A stretch of 63,779 nt of DNA, counting the filler, from Octopus bimaculoides (Eukaryota), in NCBI RefSeq assembly GCF_001194135.2. It is 8 parts of 7 records of this genome, joined end to end, with 100 filler letters (N's around TTAATTAATTAA, not from the genome) between each part and the next. Parts side by side here need not be neighbours in the genome. Positions count along the whole stretch, not along the records: positions 23,888 to 52,642 come from NC_068986.1; positions 52,743 to 58,907 come from NC_069009.1; positions 59,008 to 61,025 come from NC_069007.1; positions 61,126 to 63,779 come from NC_068996.1; 4 more parts are not named here. One strand, given 5' to 3'. Numbering within the stretch: the stretch's first letter is position 1; the number at the start of each line of letters is the position of its first letter. The notes beneath the pieces are model-generated. The model searched no databases. It saw only the letters and a program-made list of their open reading frames with translations, and had not been told where the DNA came from. The position numbers and the translations under genes were made by a program. Positions 50,856 through 62,110 of the stretch are shown piece by piece.

Positions 50856-51957
50856 NNNNNNNNNNNNNNNNNNNNNNNNNNNNNNNNNNNNNNNNNNNNN
50901 NNNNNNNNNNNNNNNNNNNNNNNNNNNNNNNNNNNNNNNNNNNNNNNNNNNNNNNNNNNNNNNNNNNNNNNNNNNNNNNNNNNNNNNNNNNNNNNNNNNN
51001 NNNNNNNNNNNNNNNNNNNNNNNNNNNNNNNNNNNNNNNNNNNNNNNNNNNNNNNNNNNNNNNNNNNNNNNNNNNNNNNNNNNNNNNNNNNNNNNNNNNN
51101 NNNNNNNNNNNNNNNNNNNNNNNNNNNNNNNNNNNNNNNNNNNNNNNNNNNNNNNNNNNNNNNNNNNNNNNNNNNNNNNNNNNNNNNNNNNNNNNNNNNN
51201 NNNNNNNNNNNNNNNNNNNNNNNNNNNNNNNNNNNNNNNNNNNNNNNNNNNNNNNNNNNNNNNNNNNNNNNNNNNNNNNNNNNNNNNNNNNNNNNNNNNN
51301 NNNNNNNNNNNNNNNNNNNNNNNNNNNNNNNNNNNNNNNNNNNNNNNNNNNNNNNNNNNNNNNNNNNNNNNNNNNNNNNNNNNNNNNNNNNNNNNNNNNN
51401 NNNNNNNNNNNNNNNNNNNNNNNNNNNNNNNNNNNNNNNNNNNNNNNNNNNNNNNNNNNNNNNNNNNNNNNNNNNNNNNNNNNNNNNNNNNNNNNNNNNN
51501 NNNNNNNNNNNNNNNNNNNNNNNNNNNNNNNNNNNNNNNNNNNNNNNNNNNNNNNNNNNNNNNNNNNNNNNNNNNNNNNNNNNNNNNNNNNNNNNNNNNN
51601 NNNNNNNNNNNNNNNNNNNNNNNNNNNNNNNNNNNNNNNNNNNNNNNNNNNNNNNNNNNNNNNNNNNNNNNNNNNNNNNNNNNNNNNNNNNNNNNNNNNN
51701 NNNNNNNNNNNNNNNNNNNNNNNNNNNNNNNNNNNNNNNNNNNNNNNNNNNNNNAATTTATGGATTTCTTTTTTTTTTTAAGAAGACTAAGAGAAAAAGA
51801 TGTTTTATATGACACATTCTACCAGTGTTCCAAGTTTCAAAGTGTTTCGTTAATGAAAAATGTGGCCCCCGTTTTAAAAAAGATCCTTGTATTGTCCCTA
51901 TTTGTTTTGTGTTCGGCCACTGTGGCCAATAAAGAAGCGATTATTATTATTATTATT

Positions 51958-52508
51958 GGGTGAGTGAGCAGTGCATGCCATCAAAGTGATGGGGTAAAAT
52001 ATACGAAGCCCTGCATACACATCATGACTACCCGTCTGATAAGAGTACACCAGGCACATGCATCACGACCATATGTGCGCGACATGGTGATCTCATATCA
52101 AAATAAACAGCGCATGACCTTGAAGGTGGGGCCCAGTTAGAATTTTCTTCAGGTCTAGTAGCCCATTCCTCTCAAAAGGTCCCTGAATAAGGTTTGTTTA
52201 AGGATGTTGAGCAAAACACCCATGTTTCCAAAGGTGAATTATTCAAATCCCAAAGAATTCCTCTCAACACATGGCTATGATGCTTCCCCACTACTTCTGC
52301 TCATGATCAGAGATGCACATATCGTCAGCCACTAAGGGACATGCTCAACTGGTTAAGGTCAACCAACTGACAAGCAAATCTGTGGTATTAAGCAGAATAT
52401 TTGCTGTAGCCCATCTTTTATACCAAGATAAAATAATGTACATGATAACACTTCCAATCCATTAAGATCAGGCGCCATGAGAGTCAGTCTGGTACTGCAT
52501 CCGGGCAT
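51958..52508. mobile_element. Family E repeat, complete copy embedded in (ATT)n
   Basis: (ATT)n tracts directly on both sides; colinear with 1701-2226. Confidence 0.85.
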
Positions 52509-52527
52509 TTATTATTATTATTATTAC

Positions 52528-52573
<46 letters not shown>

Positions 52574-52811
52574 TAGTTTTATTTTTATAACGTGCTTTCA
52601 CTTCACTACCGAGCGCAGCTCTGTGCGCCTTGGGTATGTGCTNNNNNNNNNNNNNNNNNNNNNNNNNNNNNNNNNNNNNNNNNNNNTTAATTAATTAANN
52701 NNNNNNNNNNNNNNNNNNNNNNNNNNNNNNNNNNNNNNNNNNCATACATACACAAGTGAGTGGACAAATGAAAGAAGGTCACTCAACCAATTTATTGGGA
52801 GTTACACATGA

Positions 52812-52965
52812 ATCAAAACAGTTTGATTCAAATTCATTGGTACTCTTGAGTTTCAATCGTGATGCTAGTCATCAGCCATTTTGAATTTGAATACCAAATG
52901 GCGGACAACTAGCATCATGCTTAAAACTCAAGAGTACCAACGAATTTGAATCAAACTGTTTTGAT
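52812..52965. repeat. Long hairpin: 42-bp outer arms (1 mismatch) plus an imperfect inner stem
   Basis: atcaaaacagtttgattcaaattcattggtactcttgagttt at 52812-52853 vs 52924-52965; inner pair tgatgctagt/actagcatca. Confidence 0.9.
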
Positions 52966-53000
<35 letters not shown>

Positions 53001-53275
53001 CATACATACATACAGAGAAAGAGAGAGAGGACTGTATGTGGTTTGTTGATGAAAGATGTTTTAGCTGTGACCATTTCCATGTTTTCCCATGTGATTGTTC
53101 TTCCTTTTCTTCTCTTTTAGAAGGAGATATTGCTAATATTTCAAGCATGTCAAGCAGCCACGTGGAAGCTGTCCTGTTAGATCATTGTCTTTCATTGACA
53201 CTACTGTTGTTGTTGTTGCTGTTGTTGTTAATGTCATTGATGATGATGATGATGATAATGTTGTTTTTCTTTCAG

Positions 53276-53777
53276 TCATGATGACAGTAGCATCCACAAG
53301 AGCCGCAGCAACATGAGTGTGACAGATGGGGCACCGAGTCCCGGCAAGGATCAGTACTTGCCGCCCAGATATGAGGACCAACCCTACAGCCAAAACTACG
53401 ACCCCAACTACGATGATTATTACCAGCCAAATTATGAGAACAACCCTGACACTGCAGAGAACATCAAAGGGGACCAATACTATGGTGACGGTGCCGAGGA
53501 TTATTACCCTGAGGGCACTGAAGGTTACTATGGTGATGGTTACTATGGCGATGGTTACTATGGCGACGGTTACGATGGTGAAGACTCCAATAACTATGGT
53601 AATTACAACTATGATGATGGTGCCTATGAGGAATACCAGCGCAAACGGCAGAGTGGTCTCTCGAATGCTGGGGCCAATGATGTCCCCCTTAAATTCTCAA
53701 GCGGTCATCCGAAAGATGATGACAAAGGGGATGGCTCTGGAGGGACAGGACATAATGTAATGACCACTTTTGTTTAA
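53276..53777 (+). CDS. Terminal coding exon of an L1-family (neuroglian/NrCAM-like) CAM: divergent cytoplasmic tail, 166 aa plus stop
   Basis: Acceptor ttgtttttctttcag at 53261-53275, phase 2 as in the human L1CAM last exon. EDSNNYG...DDGAYEEYQRK aligns to DDSLADYG...EDGSFIGQYSGK, and NVMTTFV* resembles NrCAM NAMNSFV*. Non-repeat coding-like composition. Confidence 0.65.
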
Positions 53778-53784
53778 ACATCAG

Positions 53785-54445
53785 GGGAGGAGAGTATGAA
53801 TGTGCCTTGAGAGGGTGAGTAATCGGTGTGGCAGATAACACCCTCATCTCTTACTCCACACTCCCCAGCCCAACTGTCCCTTAATGTCCCTTTGCCCTCA
53901 TCTGCTATTTTCTAATTACCCCTTCCTTTTCCCACCACCATCCAAGTCTCTCTTCTTTTACCTCTGTCTCTGTGCACAAACACACACACACACATACATA
54001 AACACAATCATCTGCACACATGTTTATGACCTTGTGGTTAGAGTATTGAACTCACAATCTAGCAATCATGGTTTCAATTCCTAGACCAGGTGGTACATTG
54101 CTTTTTGAGCAAAAACACTTCATCTCATGTTACTCTGTGATCACTTCAACACCTGACCTTTGCTACACAGTGCAATGTCAGAGAGGAGAGAATCGGTGGT
54201 GGAAAATATGTGCCTTGAGAGGGTGAGTGGGCAGCCTGGCAGATAGCACCCTCATCTTTTATTCCACACTCTCCAGCCCAAATTTCCCTTAACATCCCCT
54301 TGCTTTCATCTGATCTTTTCTAGATACCCCTCCCTTTCTCACCACCATCCAAGTCTCACTTTATTTTTTATCTTTATCTCTGTGCACAAACATTCACACA
54401 CACACATACATGCATACATACATACATAAACACAATCATATGTAT
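53785..54445 (+). repeat. Diverged ~220-bp direct duplication immediately 3' of the stop codon, with a SINE between the copies
   Basis: atgtgccttgagagggtgagt...ccaccatccaagtctc...ctctgtgcacaaac at about 53800-54015 and 54208-54440. Confidence 0.8.
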
Positions 54446-56844
54446 ATGCACACACACACATGTAATATATAGTTCAGAAATGAGATCCAGAGATTCTCCA
54501 TACAGAAGACAGTAGTGCTCAAAAGATTCTAACTTAGACTCCATTGTCTTTACAAGGGGTCATTCCACAAGGTAAAGAAAGGCCTATAAGAGGGATCAAA
54601 TTGAGTGGATATAAAGGCAATTATGTTGGTAAACAAATTCGACTCATCAGATATATTAAATACATCAAAAACAAAATATGTATATATGTTTACATGCCAA
54701 ATGAGAGAAATCTAAAAGTGGAAACCTTCAGATGAACTTTTATGTATAAATATATAAATTTTATACTGAGTGCAAAAGACAGATAAACGATGTGTCGAAT
54801 TTGTTTATCCACATAATTGTCACTCTCTCTTTCTTCCCCCCCTCTCTCTCACTGGCACCTCTCCCACCCCCACATTCTCTGCTTCCATCCATCCCTCTAT
54901 CCCTTCACACACACACTATATTACCCTATGTCCATGCTTGCTTCTCACTCTCCCCACCACACACAAACTACCACCACTGCCACCGTCTTATGGATAACTG
55001 CCCTCTTCTCCACCTCTTCCATTCCCTCTCCCCCCCCCCATCTTTGTAAATGTGTAAATATGTTAATTTGTCATTTTTGTTTTATACATTCCAGCCTACA
55101 CAGACATATACATATATATATATATACACATATACTATGCACATGTACAATACATATATGTATATACTGCATTATATATAGATGTATATGTGTGTGAATA
55201 TATATATATGTGTGTTTCTGCACACATGTATATACATATATACATTGTATATGTATATATATTAAATGTTGGACTGCTTTATATATCTCAATATTATAAA
55301 ATTACTATCACTACTCCACCCCATTTAAATGAAACTAAACTGTTATATACACACATATGTATAGTGTGTATACACATACATATATATTTACACCTATGTT
55401 TTCTAATGTTTTTATATGATTTTTATATACACATATTTTAACATACTATGGTGTAAAGTGCAGAAGGGTATAAAGTCAGACATTATTATTATCATTTTTA
55501 TTATTATCATTATTATTATGTGGTCAACTTTGCCTTCCCTCTTTTTGGAGCTGACTTACACTTTCCCCCAAAATTACTGACTTTGTGCCAACGTTTGAAA
55601 CTATTATTATTATTTAATACGCTGCACAATATCCAATATCATGATGCTGTGGATTGAAGATATTGTGTCTACCAGGAGTTTGTACTGTCTGTCAAATCAC
55701 AACAAGGACCTCGGACAGTACTTTACACAAAATGCATGCATTTCCAAGTAAGGCCAATTTTTGCAATACACCCAGATTGTACGGCATTTCTAAATTCTTA
55801 TTTGGGTATGTGCTGTGCTTTGTTGTCGTTCTCTTATTTTCCCTGTAGATTATTACTATTATTATTGTTATGCCTTGTATTCACATATTCATGATTTTAG
55901 CAGTAACGGGTTTGTCCTCTCTGCTTGTATTTTGTATACCAGATGAAAAGTAAATATTTTTTAAATAGTTCTGTGTTGGTGTTTTTTTCTTTTTTTGTAT
56001 TCTGTAAACAAAAAATTATTTTTGTGCATGTATTATCATCAGCACAACCACCGTCATCATCGTCATCGTCATCGTTAACATCACCTTCATAATTATCACA
56101 TAATCTATCATAATCAGCATCATCATCATTACCATTATTGTATTATTTTATCTTTTACTTGCATCAAGCATTAGACTGTGGGCATGTTAGGGCACTGCCT
56201 TGAGGAATTTTTTGTTGAATCAATTGACCCTTTCTACTTGTTTTTTTTTTTTTTCTTTTAAGCCTGGTACTTATTCCATTAGCCCCTTAAATCATTAAAA
56301 TATATGTTCAGTAATTAAGGTTTAATCAAAGATTAAATAATTTAATGAGTAACAATATTATTATAGGTTGTGTGTGAGTAAAAGATGGGATGGTCACAAT
56401 TGGAACGTCTGACTGGATCTCGACTGACCTGGGGTTAAACAACAACTATAGCCACTAATACTAATTACTACACTATACATTAAGATAATGTAATCCTAGG
56501 TACACTATGCCTGAATAAAAGATGGGATGGTCACAGACTGAACATATTCGATCATTGGTCTGTCAGGATCAGGACTGACCTGGGGTTAANNNNNNNNNNN
56601 NNNNNNNNNNNNNNNNNNNNNNNNNNNNNNNNNNNNNNNNNNNNNNNNNNNNNNNNNNNNNNNNNNNNNNNNNNNNNNNNNNNNNNNNNTTGTTGACACA
56701 ACAACCAGCATTCTTTAACCACCACCAATACTACCACCACCACCACCACCACCACCACCACTACCATTACCACACTCACTGCTACCACCAGGGACACAAG
56801 AGATGACAGGCATAGGGAGAAATATAGATGTGTCTCAGCCACCA

Positions 56845-56922
56845 GTAGTTGAGACCTGCATAATCTAGATGGCATTTTAAAATTTCTCTTTAACCCAGGC
56901 GATGCCGGGTATTTCTGCTAGT
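56845..56922 (-). mobile_element. Short Helentron/HINE-like terminus, homolog of 11913-11995
   Basis: Minus strand actagcagaaatacccggcatcgcctgggttaaag; it lies about 65 bp upstream of the Ig exon acceptor. Confidence 0.55.
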
Positions 56923-56986
56923 ATCATATATAATGTTACATTTGTTTTTAACCCCCAACTCCTCATGTCTCATTTCTCATTCTCAG

Positions 56987-57192
56987 TCCAACGCCAGAAA
57001 TCCTATGGTTCCGAAGTTCCAAAGTGAGTAGAATGCAAATAGAGCAGAATACAAAGCATCCGTTTTCCAGCTTCAGTCATCAACTCAATATTCTGGATGT
57101 TAGGTTTGAGGATGAGGGAAATTATGAATGCTACGGACGTGTAAGAAGTTTCGACCAGATGTTGCAACGATCCATGACAGTGAAGATTGAAT
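56987..57192 (+). CDS. Nrg: Internal exon of a neuroglian/L1CAM-like Ig cell adhesion molecule (C-terminal half of Ig3)
   Basis: tctcattctcag acceptor and gtaagc donor. Translation x-PTPEILWFR...QLNILDVRFEDEGNYECYG...MTVKIE shows the I-set W and L.I..V..ED.G.Y.C motifs. Phases 2 and 1 match L1CAM (G-F|PTP; VTVE-A|AP). Confidence 0.88.
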
Positions 57193-57345
57193 GTAAGCCT
57201 GAATAATTATTCCGTTATTCCTTCATTCTTTTTCTACTGGTTTCAGTCTTCGGTCTATGGCCATGCTGTAGCATTATCTTCAAGACGTTTGAGTGGTCAT
57301 ATCAAGCCCAGCATTTGTAGACTTGTACATGATGCATATGTTTCC

Positions 57346-57389
<44 letters not shown>

Positions 57390-57478
57390 ATGTATGTATG
57401 TATGTATGTATGTATATAGGTGTGTTTGTTTGTTTATATATATAGGTGTGTATGTGTATATTTATGCATATATATATG

Positions 57479-57524
<46 letters not shown>

Positions 57525-58094
57525 NNNNNNNNNNNNNNNNNNNNNNNNNNNNNNNNNNNNNNNNNNNNNNNNNNNNNNNNNNNNNNNNNNNNNNNNNNNN
57601 NNNNNNNNNNNNNNNNNNNNNNNNNNNNNNNNNNNNNNNNNNNNNNNNNNNNNNNNNNNNNNNNNNNNNNNNNNNNNNNNNNNNNNNNNNNNNNNNNNNN
57701 NNNNNNNNNNNNNNNNNNNNNNNNNNNNNNNNNNNNNNNNNNNNNNNNNNNNNNNNNNNNNNNNNNNNNNNNNNNNNNNNNNNNNNNNNNNNNNNNNNNN
57801 NNNNNNNNNNNNNNNNNNNNNNNNNNNNNNNNNNNNNNNNNNNNNNNNNNNNNNNNNNNNNNNNNNNNNNNNNNNNNNNNNNNNNNNNNNNNNNNNNNNN
57901 NNNNNNNNNNNNNNNNNNNNNNNNNNNNNNNNNNNNNNNNNNNNNNNNNNNNNNNNNNNNNNNNNNNNNNNNNNNNNNNNNNNNNNNNNNNNNNNNNNNN
58001 NNNNNNNNNNNNNNNNNNNNNNNNNNNNNNNNNNNNNNNNNNNNNNNNNNNNNNNNNNNNNNNNNNNNNNNNNNNNNNNNNNNNNNNNNNNNNN

Positions 58095-58131
<37 letters not shown>

Positions 58132-58220
58132 ATGTATGTATGTATGTATGTATGTATATAGGTGTGTTTGTTTGTTTATATATATAGGTGTGTATGTGTA
58201 TATTTATGCATATATATATG

Positions 58221-58267
<47 letters not shown>

Positions 58268-58345
58268 GAATGTACATTTGTGTGCATGTATGCCTGCACA
58301 TATATATATGTGTATGTGTATATTTATGCATATATATTATATGTA

Positions 58346-58381
<36 letters not shown>

Positions 58382-58611
58382 AATGTACGTTTGTGTGCAT
58401 GTATGCCTGCATGTAGGTGTGGGTGTGGGTGTGAACAGAGAACAGGGGTGAGATTTCCTTGTTAGTATGTCTGAAAGAGTACATGTGATGTATATATCTT
58501 CATTCAGACCCATTGGAACTTATGCTTATATAATGTCTCGTGATGGCATTAGATGATGTGTGCGTAGCCCTACAGACCACAGATTATGGTTGTTATTGTT
58601 GTGTGTTTCAG

Positions 58612-58746
58612 CTAAACCTGAATGGACCACAAAACCAAAAAGTATTGTGACCAGTCCTGGCAGTTCAGCTACCTTCATCTGTAATGGAACCAGCAAACCT
58701 CCCATCTACAAGCCCATGTGGTACATCAATGGAAAGAGAATTAACA
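58612..58746 (+). CDS. Nrg: Internal exon of the neuroglian/L1CAM-like gene (N-terminal half of Ig4)
   Basis: gtgtttcag acceptor and gtaagt donor. It joins the previous exon in frame (t|ct = Ser): SKPEWTTKPKSIVTSPGSSATFICNGTSKPPIYKPMWYINGKRIN (P.W...P, C, W.ING). Confidence 0.88.
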
Positions 58747-58857
58747 GTAAGTAGTGACACTAATGATGATGGTGGGGGGGAGTGATGATGACGACAACCA
58801 ATATGAATGAACTTGCGTATATGTGAATACATGCATGTCCATGCACATACACACACG

Positions 58858-58907
<50 letters not shown>

Positions 58908-59209
58908 NNNNNNNNNNNNNNNNNNNNNNNNNNNNNNNNNNNNNNNNNNNNTTAATTAATTAANNNNNNNNNNNNNNNNNNNNNNNNNNNNNNNNNNNNN
59001 NNNNNNNTTTATTAGTTATAACGACATTTTTTTTTGGTCCCTTTCTGGCTACTACAAAAGGCATCAACAACGTTCCACAATCCCCAAATCATTCACAAAT
59101 TAGGGCCAAAAACACCTACAAGCGTTAATGAACATTTAGTTTCAAATTAACACTGACAGAACATAATTCTTTCCTGCCAGGACCACCCTGTCATTTTTAA
59201 CGGTATCTG

Positions 59210-59550
59210 TTTGTCAACCTGACTGCCGTTGGTCAGTTTGGATGGTTAATTGGTTAATTGGCTTGTCTGGTGTATCTGGAATACATTATCTAATTTATCG
59301 TTTTTTTCTTTTTCGAAATTATAGAAATAGATTGAAAGAGATTTAACAGCAATATTTAGCATGATATATGACGACATTCAAGACTTTCTCGTTGTAATCC
59401 AGTTTATATGTGGAGGTCATTTCTGGAAGACTAAATCTTAAAGCAACCGCTCTATTATGCCAGCAGGCATTACCTCACTAGGTGTCATATTGTAACACCA
59501 GACCATCCAGTTAACCATCTAAACTGACCAATGGCAGTCAAATTGAAAAA
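59210..59550. repeat. Inverted-repeat element with ~33-bp core arms
   Basis: gactgccgttggtcagtttggatggttaattgg at 59222-59254 vs ccagttaaccatctaaactgaccaatggcagtc at 59507-59539. Confidence 0.8.
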
Positions 59551-59707
59551 CACGTGACGTTTTTGCCGGTCACGCATGCGAATCCTATGAAGATCATACT
59601 GATGAACGTACGCATGCTGAAAACATGAATAAATGAATACTTATACTTTCACACGTGTATGTACATCTATGTGTATATGTGTGAGTACGTATATATANNN
59701 NNNNNNN

Positions 59708-59752
<45 letters not shown>

Positions 59753-60404
59753 GAGAAGTAAAGTTTCTACAAGTTATTTACATGTGAGATCGAGAAAAGA
59801 TACAAAAATAAACAAAGTTCGAGAAGAGGCCAAATGTTACAATCTTCGACAAACCATGATGTTATCATCCATCGGCTGACACCTTTACCGATTAACCGTA
59901 GCTCCTAGCAATATTCTCTGATGAATTAAATAATTCCAAATATTGGCATTCTTTCGATATTGTTCTAGAAAGTAACGGTGTGAAGAGACAACATCATTCA
60001 TCTTCTTTATGTGACGAGGAAAGGTTGTGTGGGTTAATGGCATCGTTTACCAATATCGAAGGATTGTCCAAATATTTTTTTTTACTGGATCAACTAAATC
60101 GCCACTGATTTTATTCCCTGTCTGACCCCTAGAGTAAGACATGCTTTAATAGTTAGTGTGTTGCACTCCTGATCGCAAGATCATGGTTCCAGTTCCCAAA
60201 CCAGGTGGTACGTTATGTGCTTGAGCAAAACACTTCATTTCATGCTGCCCTAGTCCATTCAGCTGTAAATGGACCACCCTGTAGCGGACTGGCATTCCGT
60301 TCAGAGGGAATATTGTGATCTTATACGCCATAGAAAACGGGTAACCGACCCTTCGAGGCCTAGGACTTGGGTCAGTTATGCCCAAGGGATGATTATGATG
60401 ATAC

Positions 60405-60955
60405 TGGTTCCAAATCTTGGCACAAGGGCAGAAATTTCAGGGGAGGCGCTAAGTCGATTAAATCGACCCCAATGCTCAACTGCTACTTATTTCATCGGTG
60501 AAGGCGCGTGGCTCAGTGGATAGAGTATTCGGCTCACGATCATAAGGTCGTGAGTTCAATTCCCGGCGACGCGTTGTGTCCTTGAGCAAGACACTTTATT
60601 TCACATTCTTCCTGTCCACACATCTGACAAAATTGAGTAGTACCTCTATTTCAAAGGGTCAGCCTTGTCACACTCTTTGTCACGCTGAATCTACCTGAGG
60701 ACTACGTTAAGGGTACACGCATATGCGGAGTGCTCAGCCACTTGCACGTTAATTTCACGAGCAGGCTGTTCCGTTGATCGGATCAACTGGAACCGTCGTC
60801 GTCGTAATCATTTAACTTATTTTATCGATACCCTGAAAGGATGAAAGGTAAAGTCGATCCTGGCGGCATTTGAACCCAGAACATAAGGATGGAAGAAATG
60901 CTGCTTAGCATTTCGCCCGACGTGCTAACGATTCTGCCAGCTCGCTGCCTTACCG
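60405..60955 (-). mobile_element. SINE family B split by a nested SINE insertion
   Basis: The two halves join at acttatt(t/c)atcg, duplicated at 60485-60497 and 60815-60827. Confidence 0.8.
60498..60814 (+). mobile_element. SINE with a different tRNA head and CORE-like box but the family A 3' module
   Basis: ggcgcgtggctcagtggatagag...gtgtccttgagcaagacactt...tcaaagggtcagccttgtcacac...ggatcaactggaacc. Confidence 0.8.
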
Positions 60956-61368
60956 CCTTTTATGGTAATGATGATATTGACATCCCGTTCAAGGGGTACG
61001 TTGCGATCTCTTATACGTTCATTTANNNNNNNNNNNNNNNNNNNNNNNNNNNNNNNNNNNNNNNNNNNNTTAATTAATTAANNNNNNNNNNNNNNNNNNN
61101 NNNNNNNNNNNNNNNNNNNNNNNNNTACCGTGTGACTGGCCCTCTTGCTAGTGGCATGTAAAAAGCACCCACTGCACTCTCGGAGTGGTTGGCGTTAAGC
61201 ATTGCTTTTCATCCTTTTGGGGTTGATGAAATGAGTACCAGTTTACTGCTGCAGTTGATGTAATCAACTAGCACCTTCCCCCAAATTTCAGGCCTTGTAC
61301 CTATAGTAGAAAGGATAATTATTATTATTATTATTATTATTATTATCATTATTATCATTATTATTATC

Positions 61369-61574
61369 GAGTGAGAGCACAGTGCATGCCATCAAAGTGA
61401 CACTGAGGTAAAACATAAGAAGCCCATATACCTATCATGACTACCCGTCTGATAAGGGTACACCAGGCACATACATCACAACCATATGCGCACGACATGG
61501 TGATCTTATATCAAGCTAAACAGTGCATGACCTCACAGGTGGGGCCCAGTTAGAATTTTCTTCAAGTCGAGTAG
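61369..61574. mobile_element. Family E repeat, copy 3, next to (ATT)n and cut by a gap
   Basis: Colinear with the first 200 bp of 51958-52508. Confidence 0.85.
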
Positions 61575-61674
61575 NNNNNNNNNNNNNNNNNNNNNNNNNN
61601 NNNNNNNNNNNNNNNNNNNNNNNNNNNNNNNNNNNNNNNNNNNNNNNNNNNNNNNNNNNNNNNNNNNNNNNNNN

Positions 61675-62110
61675 TTATTATTATTATTATCATAAAAGTA
61701 AAAAGAATTATTGTTGTTGCTGTTGTTATAAAAAACGATAATGACAGTGATGATGATGATAATGATAATGATGACGCCCACGACAATGTAGGCAATGATG
61801 GTAATATGATTGTGTCGGTGATGGTGGTGGTGGTGGTGGTGGTGGTAGAAGCTGGGGGCTTGGGGGTTACTGTTATTGTTGGAAGTGGGGGTAGATTGAT
61901 GGTAGTGGTAGTGATTATGATGGTAAAGGCAGAAGTGGTGGTGGTGATGTTAGTGTTGGAGGTGTAGGTGGTAATGTCATTGTTTTTTTTTATAGTTATT
62001 GTTGGAAGTGGGGGGTGGATCAATGGTGGTGGTAGTGATTATGATGGTAAAGGCGGCAGTGGTGGTAGTGATGGTGGTGGTGGCAGTGGTGGTAGTGATC
62101 TTTGAAGGAT
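61675..62110. repeat. Compound trinucleotide low-complexity tract (ATT, GAT, GGT)
   Basis: Directly visible. Confidence 0.85.

Noticed and set aside
53355-53640. Tyr-rich peptide as a reflectin or shell/cuticle structural protein
   Set aside because: It lacks the reflectin M/FD(X)5MD(X)5MD motif and Met richness; the flanking motifs and splice phase fit an L1-family tail better.
59969-60110. Candidate next exon (second half of Ig4)
   Set aside because: The in-phase frame has no D.G.Y.C motif and ends in a stop without a donor.
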